This document shows positions 50,291 through 63,977 of a DNA stretch of 64,000 nt, piece by piece (position 1 is the first letter of the stretch; each line of letters opens with the position of its first letter). Below the pieces are notes generated by a model, which searched no databases, had not been told where the DNA came from, and saw nothing but the letters and a program-made list of their open reading frames with translations. The DNA is taken from contig OZ336884.1 of NCBI GenBank assembly GCA_965287045.1, forward strand, positions 56,482,001 through 56,546,000. Direction: 5' to 3'. The DNA is from Carcharhinus amblyrhynchos. Taxonomy: Eukaryota. Made by a program: the position numbers and the translations under genes.

Positions 50291-50500
50291 ATTATTTTTT
50301 CATTCTACACTGATGCAAGTAGGTGAAGGGAACCCCAACTCTTTACCATGACCATTCCCCCTCCCCCACACAACCTCACACTGCCCCCCTACAGCTTTCT
50401 CACTGCTGACACAAAGTTTAGTTGGATCAGTGGCAGCGTCTGGTCAGGACTTGCAAATTGTCAAAGCATATTTCAGAGCAACTATATATTGAGATACATT

Positions 50501-50624
50501 GGGCGTGATTTTACTGCCTTGCTCGAGCGAGACCGGAAATTCCAGACGAGGTCAATGGGCATTTCTGTTGTCCATCCCTCACCTGCTCCAATTCCATGAT
50601 GGGCAGGGTGGTAGAATTCTGGTG
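50501..50624. mobile_element. About 125-bp Harbinger-type MITE
   Basis: Interior matches 9497-9623 in reverse orientation; ATT on both sides. Confidence 0.6.
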
Positions 50625-50959
50625 ATTGAGTCAGTGAGGGTTTTCATTAGGATCAGGCCATTGCTGAAAAGCCACTGTATTAACACCAAGTTCCTCTCCA
50701 TGTTGTAGGACCTATCTGCTTGTCCACTGGAAGTTTAACTGAAGTTAACAAAATCCTGGAGAATACCATTGGACCCGATGCCCGATTCACTGTTTTCCCA
50801 CTTGCACCATCAAGCTAACCAGAATACAGGTTTCACAGGCCTTAATTGGCCACCCAGTGTAAAATTGTGTTGAGAATGCAATCTCATCTGGAGCGGATTC
50901 TGCGTCTATTTTCAGGCCCACCAACTTCGCCGACACATCAGACATGAAATTAAGGCCCT

Positions 50960-52000
50960 GGATTTTCAAAAGGCCTTCAAGAAAGTAAGCTACAATAGAC
51001 AAATAAATAAGGTCAGGGTGTGGAATCAGGGTTCAAGAAGCAGAATGAATTGCTAACTGGCTTTAAAACAGAATGTATAGTAAAGGGTTCTTATTCAGAT
51101 TGGCAGAAGGTGGCAAGTGCTATTCCAGAGGATCAGTGCTGGGATCACTGATGTTCACAATTTACATCAATGATTTGGAATCAAAAACACAATTTCAAAA
51201 TTTGTGGATAACATCAAATTGTAGGAAGATAGTCAGTACTGAAGAGGAAAGGAACAAACTTGCAGAATGGGCAAATGAATGTCAAATAAAGTTCAACACA
51301 GACAAATGTAAGGGTAGTACATTTTGGTAAGAATAATAGAGAGGTCACTTGGCACTTGGAAGGTGCAAGATTAGGTGGATTGCAGAATACAAATTTACCA
51401 AGCATTAGAAGTTGCACCACAGGTTCGCAAGGCCACATAAAGGCAAACCAAACATTAGGCTTTATTTCTAGAGAGGTAGACTTGAACAACAGGGAGTTAT
51501 GCTAAATCTATATTGAACCTTGCTTCAACCATACTTATCATGCATACAGTCCTAGGCACCATATGATGAGTGAAGGGATTAGAGAGGGTGGAGAGAACAT
51601 TTATATGGATGATACCAGAAAAGTGTGGCCATAAATGTCAGAAAAGAATGAACAAGTTGGATCTCTTTATCTTTAATAAAAAAAGGCTGAAAGATGACCT
51701 AAAAGAGATTGTTAAAATATGCAAAGAGTGGATACAAAGAGAATATTATCCCTTGTGGGGAAGAGCATAACCAAAAATCATTATCTTGAGATAGTCACCA
51801 AGATATTCAATAGGAAAATCAGAAGAAACTTCTTTACCCAAAGACTGGTGAGAATGTGAAACCCACTACCACAGAGAATGGTTGATGTGTATAGCATGAA
51901 TGTATGTAAGAAGAAGCTAGACAAGTGTATGAGGGCAAGGAAATGGAGAGTTATGATGCTAGATTAAGAGGAAAGACAGGAGGGACTATAGAGTGTATAA
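50960..52000 (+). mobile_element. Degraded CR1 RT to 3' fragment
   Basis: GSVLGSLMFTIYINDLE, FNTDKCK, LERVERTFIWMIP. Confidence 0.8.
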
Positions 52001-53269
52001 GGAGCATAAGCAGTAGAAGGGAAGGAGCAGAAACATTAGTGTATCTACAGAGCATTGGATCTTTTTAATTTTGGGCAATAATGTAAAAAAGTCAGGTCAG
52101 ATCAACCATGTATAATCCCTTCGGTAGACAAAAGCAAATTCAGATATATTTATAATATTATTATAAGAAATGCACTACTGTGATGGTTTCAATTTTCATG
52201 TCAGCATTCCTTTATTATTGTTCATAGCTATAACTATTGCAGAATGCACTTTTCTTTCAGCAAGAATGGGCCAATGAAAGTGAGACAGAAGGTCAGAATA
52301 CAACAATACCAGAAGTGGTATTTGCTGAGAGCAATCTGATATTTTGTTAGGTGAAAGTCTGTATTGATTTTCAAAAGCAAAATGACCCAAAACAGAGAAC
52401 AATTGCTGTCAGATAAGTCTGGCCTAGTTAAAATAATACTTTACATTACTGACATGTGAGGAGACTCTACTGAAGAGATTAAATTATTGCATGTATTGAA
52501 TAATTCAATTGTTACATATATAGAAGTAATTTTCTGATTTCTAAGTCAGAATTGCATTGATGACTGAGAGCCATGACAGGAATATGAAACTTGAACAAAG
52601 ATTCAATTTCACTATACGCAGTGCCTTGGGTAAAGTGGCAGATTGTTAACCTGTGTGTTCCATTAATATCATTCCAGACATACTCATTTCTAAATTGAAA
52701 AATGAGTGAAAAGGGTGGTATATGCAATCAAGAGCAATAAAACTAATTATCTACCTATATATATCTACATTCAGCGCAGTTTCCTGTTCTGAGTAACATA
52801 TTTGTAAGTCCCACATTTGCTGACTGAGGAATTATTAATACAATTAATGCTGTTGGTCCTTCAATTTCTCAGTGATTAAGGCCCCCAGATTCAATTCAAG
52901 ATTTCTTCTGTGTTCAGTGAATTCTCATTTTAACAATAATAAGATTATTACAAATGGCTTTAGTATCCCTGGGTTAAGAAGAGGGCAAGTATTATCATTA
53001 ACCAGCAATCCCAACCAGAAAATAAGCAATGGTCAAGTCGGAATTAGCTTGGTTCTGAAGACCCATGCTCAGTCTGCTGATGTTCACAGTTTCGGGCAAG
53101 ATTTGAAGACTTAGATTGGTACCGGTGGGTTACTGGCATCCATTAACCAGTGCTCTGACACAATTCACCACTTTGTATTGATAACCTCTTCGCCTCTTCT
53201 ATATCTAGTAGCATGCAAGGCAACAAATTTCTTCCACTGCTTTTAAATCCAGCTCTGAATTTTTTCTAT

Positions 53270-53970
53270 AATTAAGATTCTACCACATAATACATTTATT
53301 AACAAAATTAAAAGCTATGGGATTAAAGTGATAGTGTCAACTTGGATCCAAAATTGGCTAAGTGATAGAAAGCAGAGAATTGTTCTTTTTATCAGTGGAT
53401 GGAAGTGTACAGTAGTTGATATTAAAACCACTGTTGACATAAATTGTTCTGTTGAACTTGTGTATACAGGACAGATTTCAAAGAGCACAGAAGACATAAA
53501 TCTCAGAAATGTAGTTAGGTAAAGTAACAGATTTCAAGAGATCATAGACAAGCTGGTAAAATGGGCAGATTCATGGCGATGAAACTTCACTCAGAGAAGT
53601 GTGAAGTGATTGATTTGGTTGGACAACTGAGATTAGGCAATATAGCCTAAAGTGTTACAATTCTAAAGAAGGCGCAAGGTCTGGAGTGGAGAGCTGGGTA
53701 TTTGTAGAAGTAAATCTTTGAAAGTGACAGGACAAGTTGAGAAGGCTGTTAAAAATGTATATGGGATCCTTGGCTCCATTAGTAGAGGAATAGAGTACAA
53801 CAGCAAAGAAGTTAGACTAAACTTTCCTAAAATACTGCTAAGGTCTCAGGTAGAGTATTGTGTCCAATTAATACAGAACACACTTTAGGAAGGATGTCAA
53901 GGCCTTGTAATAGATACAGAAAAGATTTAATAATATGGTACAAGGGATGAAAGACTGCAGTCTCCATCTG
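53270..53970 (+). mobile_element. Degraded CR1 fragment
   Basis: KIKSYGIK..TWIQNWLSDRKQRI; downstream EKCEVI remnants. Confidence 0.7.
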
Positions 53971-56454
53971 GACAATATGGGATACTTTTCCAATTTTAAA
54001 CTTCTCAGTTTGCTTCCAAACTTGGCTGTGGCCCTGCCAATTCCATATTCTATAGTCTCCTCTGCCCATCTATAGAAGAACATAAGAAGTAGGAGCAGAA
54101 GTGGTCCATTCAGCCTCTTGGGCCTCTTCTGTCAATCGATAAGATCAAGGCTGGTTAGGTTGTGGCCTTAACTTTAATTGTGGCCTCAAGTGTCTTTGAG
54201 TTTAATTTTTACATCATTGTCAGTCATGCCTTTAGTTACCAAAACCCTAAGATCTGGAGCTCCATCCCTAAATCTTTCCATTTATCTCTCTTTCCTTCTT
54301 TAAGATCTCCTGAAAACTTACCTATTTAACTAAGCTTTTGACCACCTGCTTTAGTATCTCCCTATGTGGTTTGATGCCAAATTTAACAGGCTGATATTCC
54401 ACTGAAGCACCTTAGAATGTTTTACTACTTTGAGAGTCCTACATCATTGTAAGTTGTTGTTACGAGGCGGATCTTATAAAATGTTTATTTACATGTATCA
54501 CTAATGTCTCTTGAAATCTGCTTTTGTTCTCTAGTAACAAAGATAAAACTTCATTCAATTATTCAGATGAACTGTCAAAACATCTGGTTGATGAAGTCTC
54601 AAGACATCAATATTGTTCCAATTAACTGAAATGATATCAAATTTGAATCCTGAATTCTAATTAAAGTAGAGTGTGCAGAAATGTGAGCAGCCACTGGGAG
54701 TTCCATTCAAACAATTAGCCACAATTTCAAAGACATTTAAATAATCTCTTGCATCTTAAAGATGTTACCGCAGCGTCAGCCCTACCCCGTTGGTAACAAT
54801 CTCTTCTCCGAGTCAGAACTTCCGGAGCTGAAGTCCCAGTCCAGTGAGATGCTCGGGCAATGCTTCACAGTTGGAGATTCTAATTTTTCAGACAAGATAC
54901 CAAACTCACCGTTTCACAGAGGATTTCTATTTTATCCTTCACCGACACTACTAAAACAAGTCATCTGGTCATTACTGCTTTATGAGACCATGGGCATGAT
55001 TTTTCTGGCCTGCTGCTTTGCTCGAGTAGCTGCTGATGCCAGACTCTCAGGGCTAGAGGATTAGGCCCCGCCATCCCCACTACTGGCATGAATCCCCCTG
55101 CGGACTCTGAAGCACAAAGTGCTGGAAATTCAACCAACTCAGTTTCCCCAAAATAACTGCAAGTATTTGCCAATGGATTTCCTACTGTTTGTCAATTTTA
55201 TCGACCAAAGTGACCACGGCACATGAATCTCCTGGTGCCCTGACCTCCCGCTCTGATTTTTGCCTCCTCAGAGCTGCAGACACAATGGTGTCTATAGCAA
55301 TGAAAATCTATTTCCTGCCCATTGGCCACTTAGTGTTTTTGGGAAAATTGTCTTGCTTTATGTTGAAATGGGCCACCGTGTCTGCTATATTACAACAACA
55401 AAACACCTCTGGAAAATTAATAAACTGACAAAAAAGAAGAAAGATCTACTTGTAGGAAGGGGAGTCAACCCACGTTCAATATAACTCCAGTGAATCATGA
55501 AAAGCGCTGTGTTATCTTGCAGATGCAAATTCCCGTCAAGAAGCTCGGTGGGAATTAAGCTGCAACGCATGATCAAAGTCTTACAGAGAAGCACTGGGGG
55601 GAACTCAGACAGTCCAATTTCTAAACTCGGAATTTAATAAAGAGGGATGGAATCTAGCAGCTGCACGTACAGGACTTGCTGCATGGAGGGCAAGTTCATG
55701 ATGTAAACATTGGTTCAATGTCTTTACTCTCAACCCTTAAATGAATTAGAGAAAATATGTTGGTCTGATGCCACCCATCAGAAATTCTGCACACATTTGT
55801 CTCCTGGTTTTAAATATCCCGCAGCCTGGGTAGAACAGATGTGCCATTGTGTTCCAGAAATTGGATTTTCAACTCCAGTTAACAATTCAGAAGCTTTTAT
55901 AGCAAATCAGGTTGATTTTGATATGTAAGGTGACAGTTTGGACTCCCTGCCAAACCATCCTCATGAATACATTTCCTAAGCAATTAAAATTAACAGACAA
56001 TCATTCAGTGTTTTCTATTAAATACTAGTTCTGTTCAAAGCTCTGCCTTCCTTTCATGTCATGTCTTTAAGATAACAAGGTTAAAAAGTGCAAGTAGTAG
56101 AATAATTCAAACAATAAAGTCATAACCTGCTCATTAAGTTCCAGATGCTGCAAATTTTAAATACTACTTCAGATGTAGATGATATATTTCTGTTGTTTAA
56201 TAGATGTGAGGCAAAAATCCTGCATAATTATACAATAAGTTAATACATTTATACTTTAAAATGAGTAAAAGTTTGAAATACTTAAAAAAAATGCAGGAAT
56301 GAGAAATAAAATGAAAGGTGAAGGAAAATGCTGCAGATGGCTTTTAATCCACTTTGCAGCAGGGGCACAGTGTATATGCTTCCACTTTTTGCAGTATTAT
56401 TATAATGTGTGCATTTTAATCCACTTCACAGCAACAGGTGTATAGTACAGAGAG

Positions 56455-56734
56455 TTTAAAGTTAAAGTTTATTTATTAGTCACAAGTAAGGCTTACATTA
56501 ACATTGCAACAAAGTTACTGTGAAATTCCCCTAGTCACCACACTCGTGCGGTTTAGGTCAATGCACCTAACCAGCACATCTCCCAGACTGTGGGAGGAAA
56601 CCGGAGCACCTGGAGGAAACTCACACAGACATGGGGAGAATGTGAAAACGCCACACAATGACCCAAGCTGGGAATCGAAGCCAGGTCCTTGGCGCTGTGA
56701 AGCAGCAGTGCTAACCACTGTACCACCGTGCTGC
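56455..56734 (-). mobile_element. V-SINE with a non-CR1 3' tail
   Basis: HE1 head and V-domain, but the tail is ...cttgtgactaataaataaactttaactttaaac. Confidence 0.75.
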
Positions 56735-56755
56735 TCCTGAATGTCAATCAACCTG

Positions 56756-57020
56756 TGTAGTGATTTCCTTGAGTGGCACGAGAACCTCACAACTCCGAAG
56801 ATGTTGGTATCCCTTCACCAGATTCCCCTTATTTACAAACTCAATTCATGTCCTAAGAGTGCTTTAGATGCAAAGTCAGAATCCAGAGTGTTCGTAGCTC
56901 TGACACCGCTCAACATATATGTAGGTGAGAACCCCTGATTGGGCAGGCAATCATTACTCAATCAGGGAGCTCATACTCCAAGAGGTCAACCTCATGGGCC
57001 TCACTGAGGTCTCTTGTAGC
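56756..57020 (-). mobile_element. Possible solo LTR
   Basis: Begins TGTAGTG. Minus-strand CCAAT, TATATG and AAATAAAG occur in LTR order. Confidence 0.3.
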
Positions 57021-57719
57021 ATTCATGGTGCATCTCTCAATGAGAGTGTTGTGAAGAAGAGTTTATAACCTCACCTTGCATTCAGATCTTACTAACTACA
57101 TTTGCTGGAAAAACAGAATGATAGTGAAACTATACTGTCAATGAAACTTAAGAAAAAAAGAGACAAAGCAAATGACAGAGAAAGAAGAATTGTGAATTAA
57201 ATTTCAAGTGATTATAGTAATGTAAAAGGGAGGAATCTTCCCTGTTTCTTATAGATGGGTTTTGAGGCAGGAAGGTTTGGGAAATTTTGAAAAAAAGATG
57301 TGTTGCGTTGGCTCCCTTTCACATCCCTTTCATATGGATCCCTTTTTAGGCTGTCAAAGTCGATATTCACATCAAGACCATCAAGGCCATTGTTAACAGT
57401 GTCCTTACAACACAATTTATTCACCTAAAATGTCTGCCTAGAGATAAATTTGTGCTAATGAGTGCAAATCCAAAAATTTGGTGTTTTTTAGAGGAAGCTG
57501 GTTAATTGAATGATTGGGGAAATGAATAGAAGGGATAGGCTGAGGGAATAAGATGGAAGATGGCAGGGAGCTTATATGGAGCATGTGTGTTTGGATCTTT
57601 CCATTTGTGAAAGATGTTAGACATGCAGCAAACAGACTGTTTAGGTCCAATTTAAAGGGCCGCAAAGAAAATATTTCTTGTCTTTTTTCTTTGAGATTTA
57701 ATTCAGTTTTCAGTTAAGT

Positions 57720-58075
57720 TTGATCATAATGTTGAGAGGAATAGATAGGGTGGATTCTCGGAGGCTATTTCCCAGGGCTGAAATGGTCACTACAAGAGGA
57801 CACAGGTTTAAGGTGCTGGGAAGCAAGTACAGAGGAGATGTTAGGGGTAAGTTTTTCACTCAGAGGGTGGTGACTGAGTGGAATCGGATGCCGTCAGTGG
57901 TGGTGGAGGCGAACTCGCTGGTGTCTTTTAAAAGACTTCTGGATGAGTATATGGGATCTAATGGGATTGGGAGTTACAGATAGTTCTATGGCTTGGTAGG
58001 TATGGATATGATCGGCGCAGCTTGTGGGCCGAAGGGCCTGTTTGTGCTGTAGTGTTCTATGTTCTATGTTCTATA
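57720..58075 (+). mobile_element. Young CR1 3' end
   Basis: Open frame TRGHRFKV...RGKFFTQRVVTEWNRMP; tail (GTTCTAT)3. Confidence 0.9.
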
Positions 58076-58299
58076 TTTTAGCTGTTGAACCAGAGTGGAT
58101 GGTTAAAATCACCCCTGAGATTTACTCATCCATCTCCAGCAGTTTAAATTTTTAAACTGTAATTCTGAACAAACATTAGGACACCTACTCAGTAGTGTCA
58201 ATGGGGTCTGACCACTCAACAAATTGCAGGTGAGGAGTTTTTGACTTACTTCTGCATAGGCTGAGTTTCTGGAAGTGCAGTGTTGTTCTCTTTGGAATT

Positions 58300-60860
58300 G
58301 TTTTTTTTAAGGTGTAGTGCTCATAGGTCTGGTATGGGGGCTGTGGTAGCAGTGCCTCTTAATCTGCAGTTTGAGTAAATATGGAGTGGAGGAGGATGCA
58401 GAGAGGAAAAGCTTCGTGAGGAGGGAGGAGTAACCATCCCCGCAGTAATCCCCACACACCGAGGTGCTTCTGGACCACTCTACTGCTTCACTCCATCCAG
58501 CAGCAATGCCTGAGGTGACTCTGATTCAACCTCGTCTGTGTCATCTCCTTTATGATGTGGAGATGCCGGCATTGGACTGGGGTAAACACAGTAAACACAG
58601 TTACTGTGTTACCTCCTTTAACCTAACCTGGAGCCTCACTGCAGAGCCAGCACAGCACTGCCAGTACCTGTCAAAGGTCACTGTCACTCTCAATATTTAC
58701 ATCTCTGGGTCCCTTCTGGAAGAGAGCAGGAGATATCAATAATATTGTCCATTTTCCCTCCACTGAAGCATCCACAAAGTCCTGGAGGCTGTCTATTCCA
58801 GATGAGGGAAATTCATCATCTTTTCATATTTATGTGTTCCATGTGTTGTGTGAATCCTTCCTTGTCCTACTGCTTCTACTGTATATAACACCAATGAAAC
58901 ATGACTGGTGAAAGCCGGCTGACTTTCACTGAGGGGAATCTTCAGATGACCTTGAACAGCTCAAGGACTTGAGGGTCCAGTTTCGGACTGCACCACCTCA
59001 GCATGGGTAGCAGAACTCTGGTCTGTCTGGCTGAGAAGCAACTTCAGGGACACTGACAAAGTGGCAATGGCGGGATATGAAAGCTGTTATCCTGAGAGAG
59101 AACAGCAAGGTCGTGCTTCATGGTACCTTTCACAAGGTGTGGTACCTCTGCAGTCTGAGTAATCTGGTGGCAGACAGGTTGCTGGATTATCATGAGATCC
59201 TGAGTGGTCCTTTGAGCACTGTGATAGGCAGGGGTCTGGTAGCACTCTGAGCCTGTAATGGTAACAAGCATGGGTCTCATGGCCCTAGTCTAAACTTCCA
59301 TTGCAGCACTGAATGACTGGGTAATTTCTACTGTACCACAGTGGAAAGTCAGACAGCAGAGACCAGATTATAGGTGAGTTTACTCATGCACTCATGGAGT
59401 TGGCCCCCACTTTCCACATTAGTGATGATGGTGTTCAAGCACTGCATGATTCAATTGGATTCATCCATTCTCCTTGGCATTGACAGGAGACTTTGTGGCA
59501 TACCTACCAATGGAGCAAGCATCACAATGTCTGCATATATCATCTTTCTCACAGCAGCTGCCTTATTGAAGGCCTTGTTCTCCTGTGAACTGGTAGACAA
59601 TTGTCTTTACACCCTGGCCTGACTGCAGCCCACTCTTGCTCAATAACTTACAACATGCAGATCCCAACTCGATGACAGCCTCTAAAGTAGGTGCAGTGTC
59701 AGTGTCTGAGTGGGAATTGCCTGCTCAAGTGATAGTGTTTCTTCATCACTGCTGTGGTCTTACTCTCTTCGCTGGTGTCCTGGAGTTGATTAGGGAGGAG
59801 ATCCATGCTATCTGAAACCATAAAAGCAGAAAGGAATGTATAGGTTGAATGAAGAGTTGGGGAAGAAGACAGGAGATCCACACACCTGCACCTTTCACAT
59901 CATGGCAGATCTCAGGATGAGGGTAACAAGGGAATAGGGAACAGGCATAAGGGAATAATTTACCGGCATCTTTGAAGTTCAGAGCTGCCAGGCCATTGCA
60001 GGCAGCCCCATGGTTTGGAGTATCATTTCCTTCTTTATGCTGAATGGGTGGAATCATGACATCGCCTCACAGCATTTTTGGTTCTCACTGCAGTTATGTC
60101 CACCTCAACCAGCAAGGGAGAGAGAAAAATGTCAATGATTGTCTGGCTCTTTGAGATCATTATATGCCTGCCACAGCTCAATAGCTCGAGGTATGTGGAG
60201 ACTTCAGTGGAAGGTACATGTGTCAGTCAGGTATTGTGTGAACATTTTAGGCACAAGTCCTGAGTGAGTGCTGCTGGGTGAGTCATGGGTATCACGAACA
60301 GTGCCTGATGCCAATGATCTCTTGGGCATAAAGGATAGTGTAAAGATGTATTCACTGACCTTGTCTACACGTGTGAGGTCAGTAAATTTCTTGGGGCACT
60401 ACCACCTAACTCTCTTGACTTCCCTTGTGACCTTCCGTCACCCCCTTCCATAGACCTGACGTGAAGTCTTCCTGCATTTGTGGAAGCATTGCCTCCCTTC
60501 GAGTGATCTTCTACCAGTGCCTCTAGCATAACATTGGAAGAACTTACAGCCCTCTCCCTGGGCTGCGGTTCAGAATTCCTTTACTTGGGCTGCTGCATTT
60601 TCAGTGCTTTTCAGTCTCCAGTTTACCAGTCTAGTGTCCCTTTAAAAAGGACAAACTGCCTTTAAGAGCTGGGAGCTAGCTAGAACATGTGATCACTTTG
60701 AACACTCTTACAACCCAGTCAGCAATGTGAATTGTGCTTGGCTGCACATCACAACGAGGTTAACAAGGAGAAACATGCATTTCCACCTAGAGTAATGGGG
60801 ATAGGTCACAAATTGTGACATCCATGCCCAAAAAAGCTGCACAATCCAATTTTAACCAAA
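58300..60860 (-). mobile_element. Harbinger/PIF transposon relic with intron-containing Myb/SANT-like gene
   Basis: Minus strand: RERAVSSSNVMLEALVED...W*CPKKFTDLTRVDK|GTCAGT, then an exon-like HNCSENQK block ending at GTAAAT. Frameshifts and stops throughout. Confidence 0.55.
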
Positions 60861-61681
60861 CACGTTTAAAGTGCAGTTAAAACACAGATGGTTATTGTTA
60901 AAGTACTCACCATTCATTCTGCTCCCTGAGTTGACACACAATTGTAGTTCATCTTATGCAGTTCACATTGTGTCTGGTCCTCTAGACAGCATATATGATG
61001 TGAAGTTTTGAAGAAAGCTAATTTGACAACCACAAGGCAAGGTGCTCATTAAAATGATTTTGTCTAAACATTCCTGTGTGTGGATCAGATTGCTATCTAG
61101 GGTTTGAGAAGCAATCTATACTGATGATGACTGATTGTAAAGGGCAGTTTCAAATCTAGACTGATTGTTCCAATTGAATCCCAGTCAGCCACTATCATTT
61201 CAAGTGTCTCCTCCAAATGACAAAGTCATATGTGATTGCTGTTGGCTGGTATATATTTATCAGGCCACAGCAGAATATGAAATAACCCAGAGATGACGAT
61301 ATCACTGTAATAATAACTTATGGCCAGAAGAGTATAATCTGCTTGTTTCATTACCATTTTTCTAATTTATCAAATATCTAACAAGAAATATGACTGCTTC
61401 AGTAGAAATCAGAAAAATAATTAATCCTAATTAAATGTCTTCATCTTAAATTGAGCTTAGTATGAATTATGAATGACTAAATTGTTTCCCCTGAAATACG
61501 ATGATGAATTGTATTTATTCAAACGCTTCGTTTATTAGCTTTTGTTAAATGGTTTGTTTAATGTGATGAGAATATTAATATGTTCAGGAATAGAATTCTG
61601 CTTTTCTCCATACTTTCATGTCAGACTCAAGTGTCAGGTATGGCACAGCCATCCCATCTATATAGTCATTGTCAAATCAAT

Positions 61682-61802
61682 GGCCAAGATTCTCCGGCCT
61701 CCCAGCTGCATGTTTTCTGCTGGTGGGAAGTCCATTGGCAAGGGTATGCTGCCAGCGGGACTGGAGAATTTCACCGGCATGAACAGCCAGAGATTCCTGG
61801 CC
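61682..61802. mobile_element. 121-bp Harbinger-type MITE
   Basis: TIRs ggccaagattctc / gagattcctggcc, AAT on both sides. Confidence 0.7.
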
Positions 61803-61849
61803 AATGTGTCCAAAAATGCATCTCAAAGAAGTGGTGAAAGACAGTATAT

Positions 61850-63977
61850 AAATGCAAAACTTTATTTTTATGCATGGAAAGTGTAATGAAATGAGACAGA
61901 GACTGTTCACAGCAAAGTGGGAAAATCTGCTAATGGATAAAACAATTGAAGGACAGTGGAGGATATTTAGAGGAACATTTGATGCAATACAGAACCTGTT
62001 TACTTATACCCCTGAGAAGGAAAAGCTTCACTTCACAGAAAAAAAACAGCCACAGACAACTAAAGAGCTAAGGGACAGCATAAAACTAAAAGAAAGAGCT
62101 CGCAAGAATGCAAAAAATACACAGATCCTGCCGAATGGGAAAGACACAAAAACAAACAAATGGCCAAAACGCTTGCTTATAAGAACCGCAAAAAGGGATT
62201 TTGAAAGGGAACTTGCAAGGGATATCAAAAACAGTAAGACGAAAATTTTATAGTTATATGAAGAGAAAGTGGGTGGTCAGAAGCAATGTTAACTCATTCA
62301 AGACCAAAAATGGAGATATTGTCAATGACTGTGGGGAAAATGGCAGAGATAGGGCATAAGTAAAATTAACATAAGTAAAACATTGATAATGAGGAAATTA
62401 ATGGAACTAAAGAGTAACAAATCCCCAGGGCCTGATGGTTTTCATCCAAGGGTATTAAAGTAGAGGAGCTATTTGTAGACGCTGTAACTATAATATTTCA
62501 GAGTTCCCTATATTCAGGAGTCATCCCTCTGGATTGGAAAATTGCTCATGTTAAGAAGGGTGAAAAAGGAAAAGCAACGAATTACAGACCAGTTAGCCTA
62601 ACGTTTATGGTGGGGAAATTATTTGAGTCTACAGTCAAGGTTAGGTGAACCTTGAGGTTGAAGTGAACACCTCAAAAATTTTTGGTTCATCAGGGACATC
62701 CAGCAGAGATTCATGACATGTAGGATATGCCTAACAAGTGTCATTGAATTCTTTGAAGAGGCAACTAAGATAGTGGACAGGGAAATAAGGTCTATGGATG
62801 TTGTTTATATAGATTTCCAGAAGGCATTTGATAAAGGCCCACATAAGAGATTGTTAACTAAAGTGGAAGCCCATGGAATTGAGGACAAATTACTGACATG
62901 GCTGGGAAACTGGTTGAATTGCAGGTGACAGGAAGTAGGTGAAATAAGTAGGTACTCAATTTGGCGAGATGTGATGAATGACATCCCACAAGGATCTGTA
63001 TTAGACTCTCAATTATTCACATTATTATTAATGACTTTAATAATGGCATAGAAAGTCATATATCCAAATTTGATGATGGCATAAAGTTAAGTAGCATTGT
63101 AGACAGTGTAGGTGAAAGCATCAAAGTAGAAAGAGATATTTATAAACTAGGTGAATGGGCAAAACTGTGTAGATGGATTTCGTACAAGCAAGTGTGAGGT
63201 TATCCGTTTTGGCTGATAAAGGATAGATCAGGGTACTTTCTAAATGGTATGAAGTTAGACACAGTGGATTTCCAAAAAGACTTGGGGGTTCAGGTGCATA
63301 GATCCTTAAAATGCAATAAAGAGGTGCAGAAAATAACCAAGAAGGCTAATGAAATGCTGGCTTTTATATCCAGAGGACTGGAGTATGAGACACAGAAATT
63401 ATGCTGCATCTTTACAAAAACCTGGTTAGACTCCACTTGGAGAACTGACAGCAGACCTGGGCACCACACCTTAGGAAAGGTATATTGACATTGAAGGGAG
63501 TACAATGTAGGTTTATAAGAATGATACCTGGACTTCAGAGATTAAGTTATGAGGAGAGATTATTAGGCCTGTTTTCTCTAGAATTTAGAAGGTTAAGTGA
63601 TGTTTTGATTGAAATCTTCAAGATATTAACAGGAAAAGACAGGATAGATAAAGATAAATCATTTCCATTGTTTGGAGATTCTAGAACTAGAGGGCCTAGT
63701 CTAAAAATTAGGGCTAGGCCATTCAGGAGAGATATTAGGAAGCACTTCTACACACAAGGGGTGGTAGAGGTTTGGAACTTCTTCCATAAATAGCTGTTGA
63801 TGCTAAATCTGTTGCTAATTTTTAATCTGAGATAGATAAATTTTTGTTGAAGAAAGGTATGAAAGGATATGAGCCAAGGCAAGTATTTGAAGGTAGGCCG
63901 CAGATCAGCCATAATTTCATTGAATGGCGAAACTGGCTCAAGGGTCTGAATGGCTTACTCCTGTTCCTATGTTCCCA
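61850..63977 (+). mobile_element. CR1 LINE, about 2.1 kb of degraded ORF2 plus tail
   Basis: KSPGPDGFHPRVLK, NYRPVSLT, DVVYIDFQKAFDK, QKDLGVQVH, TRGPSLKIRARPF; tail cctgttcctatgttcc. Confidence 0.9.

Noticed and set aside
58100-60858. 10-bp inverted match tggttaaaat/attttaacca as TIRs of the Harbinger relic
   Set aside because: The left motif continues as ggttaaaatcacccc, more like the right end of a separate MITE; no TSD.
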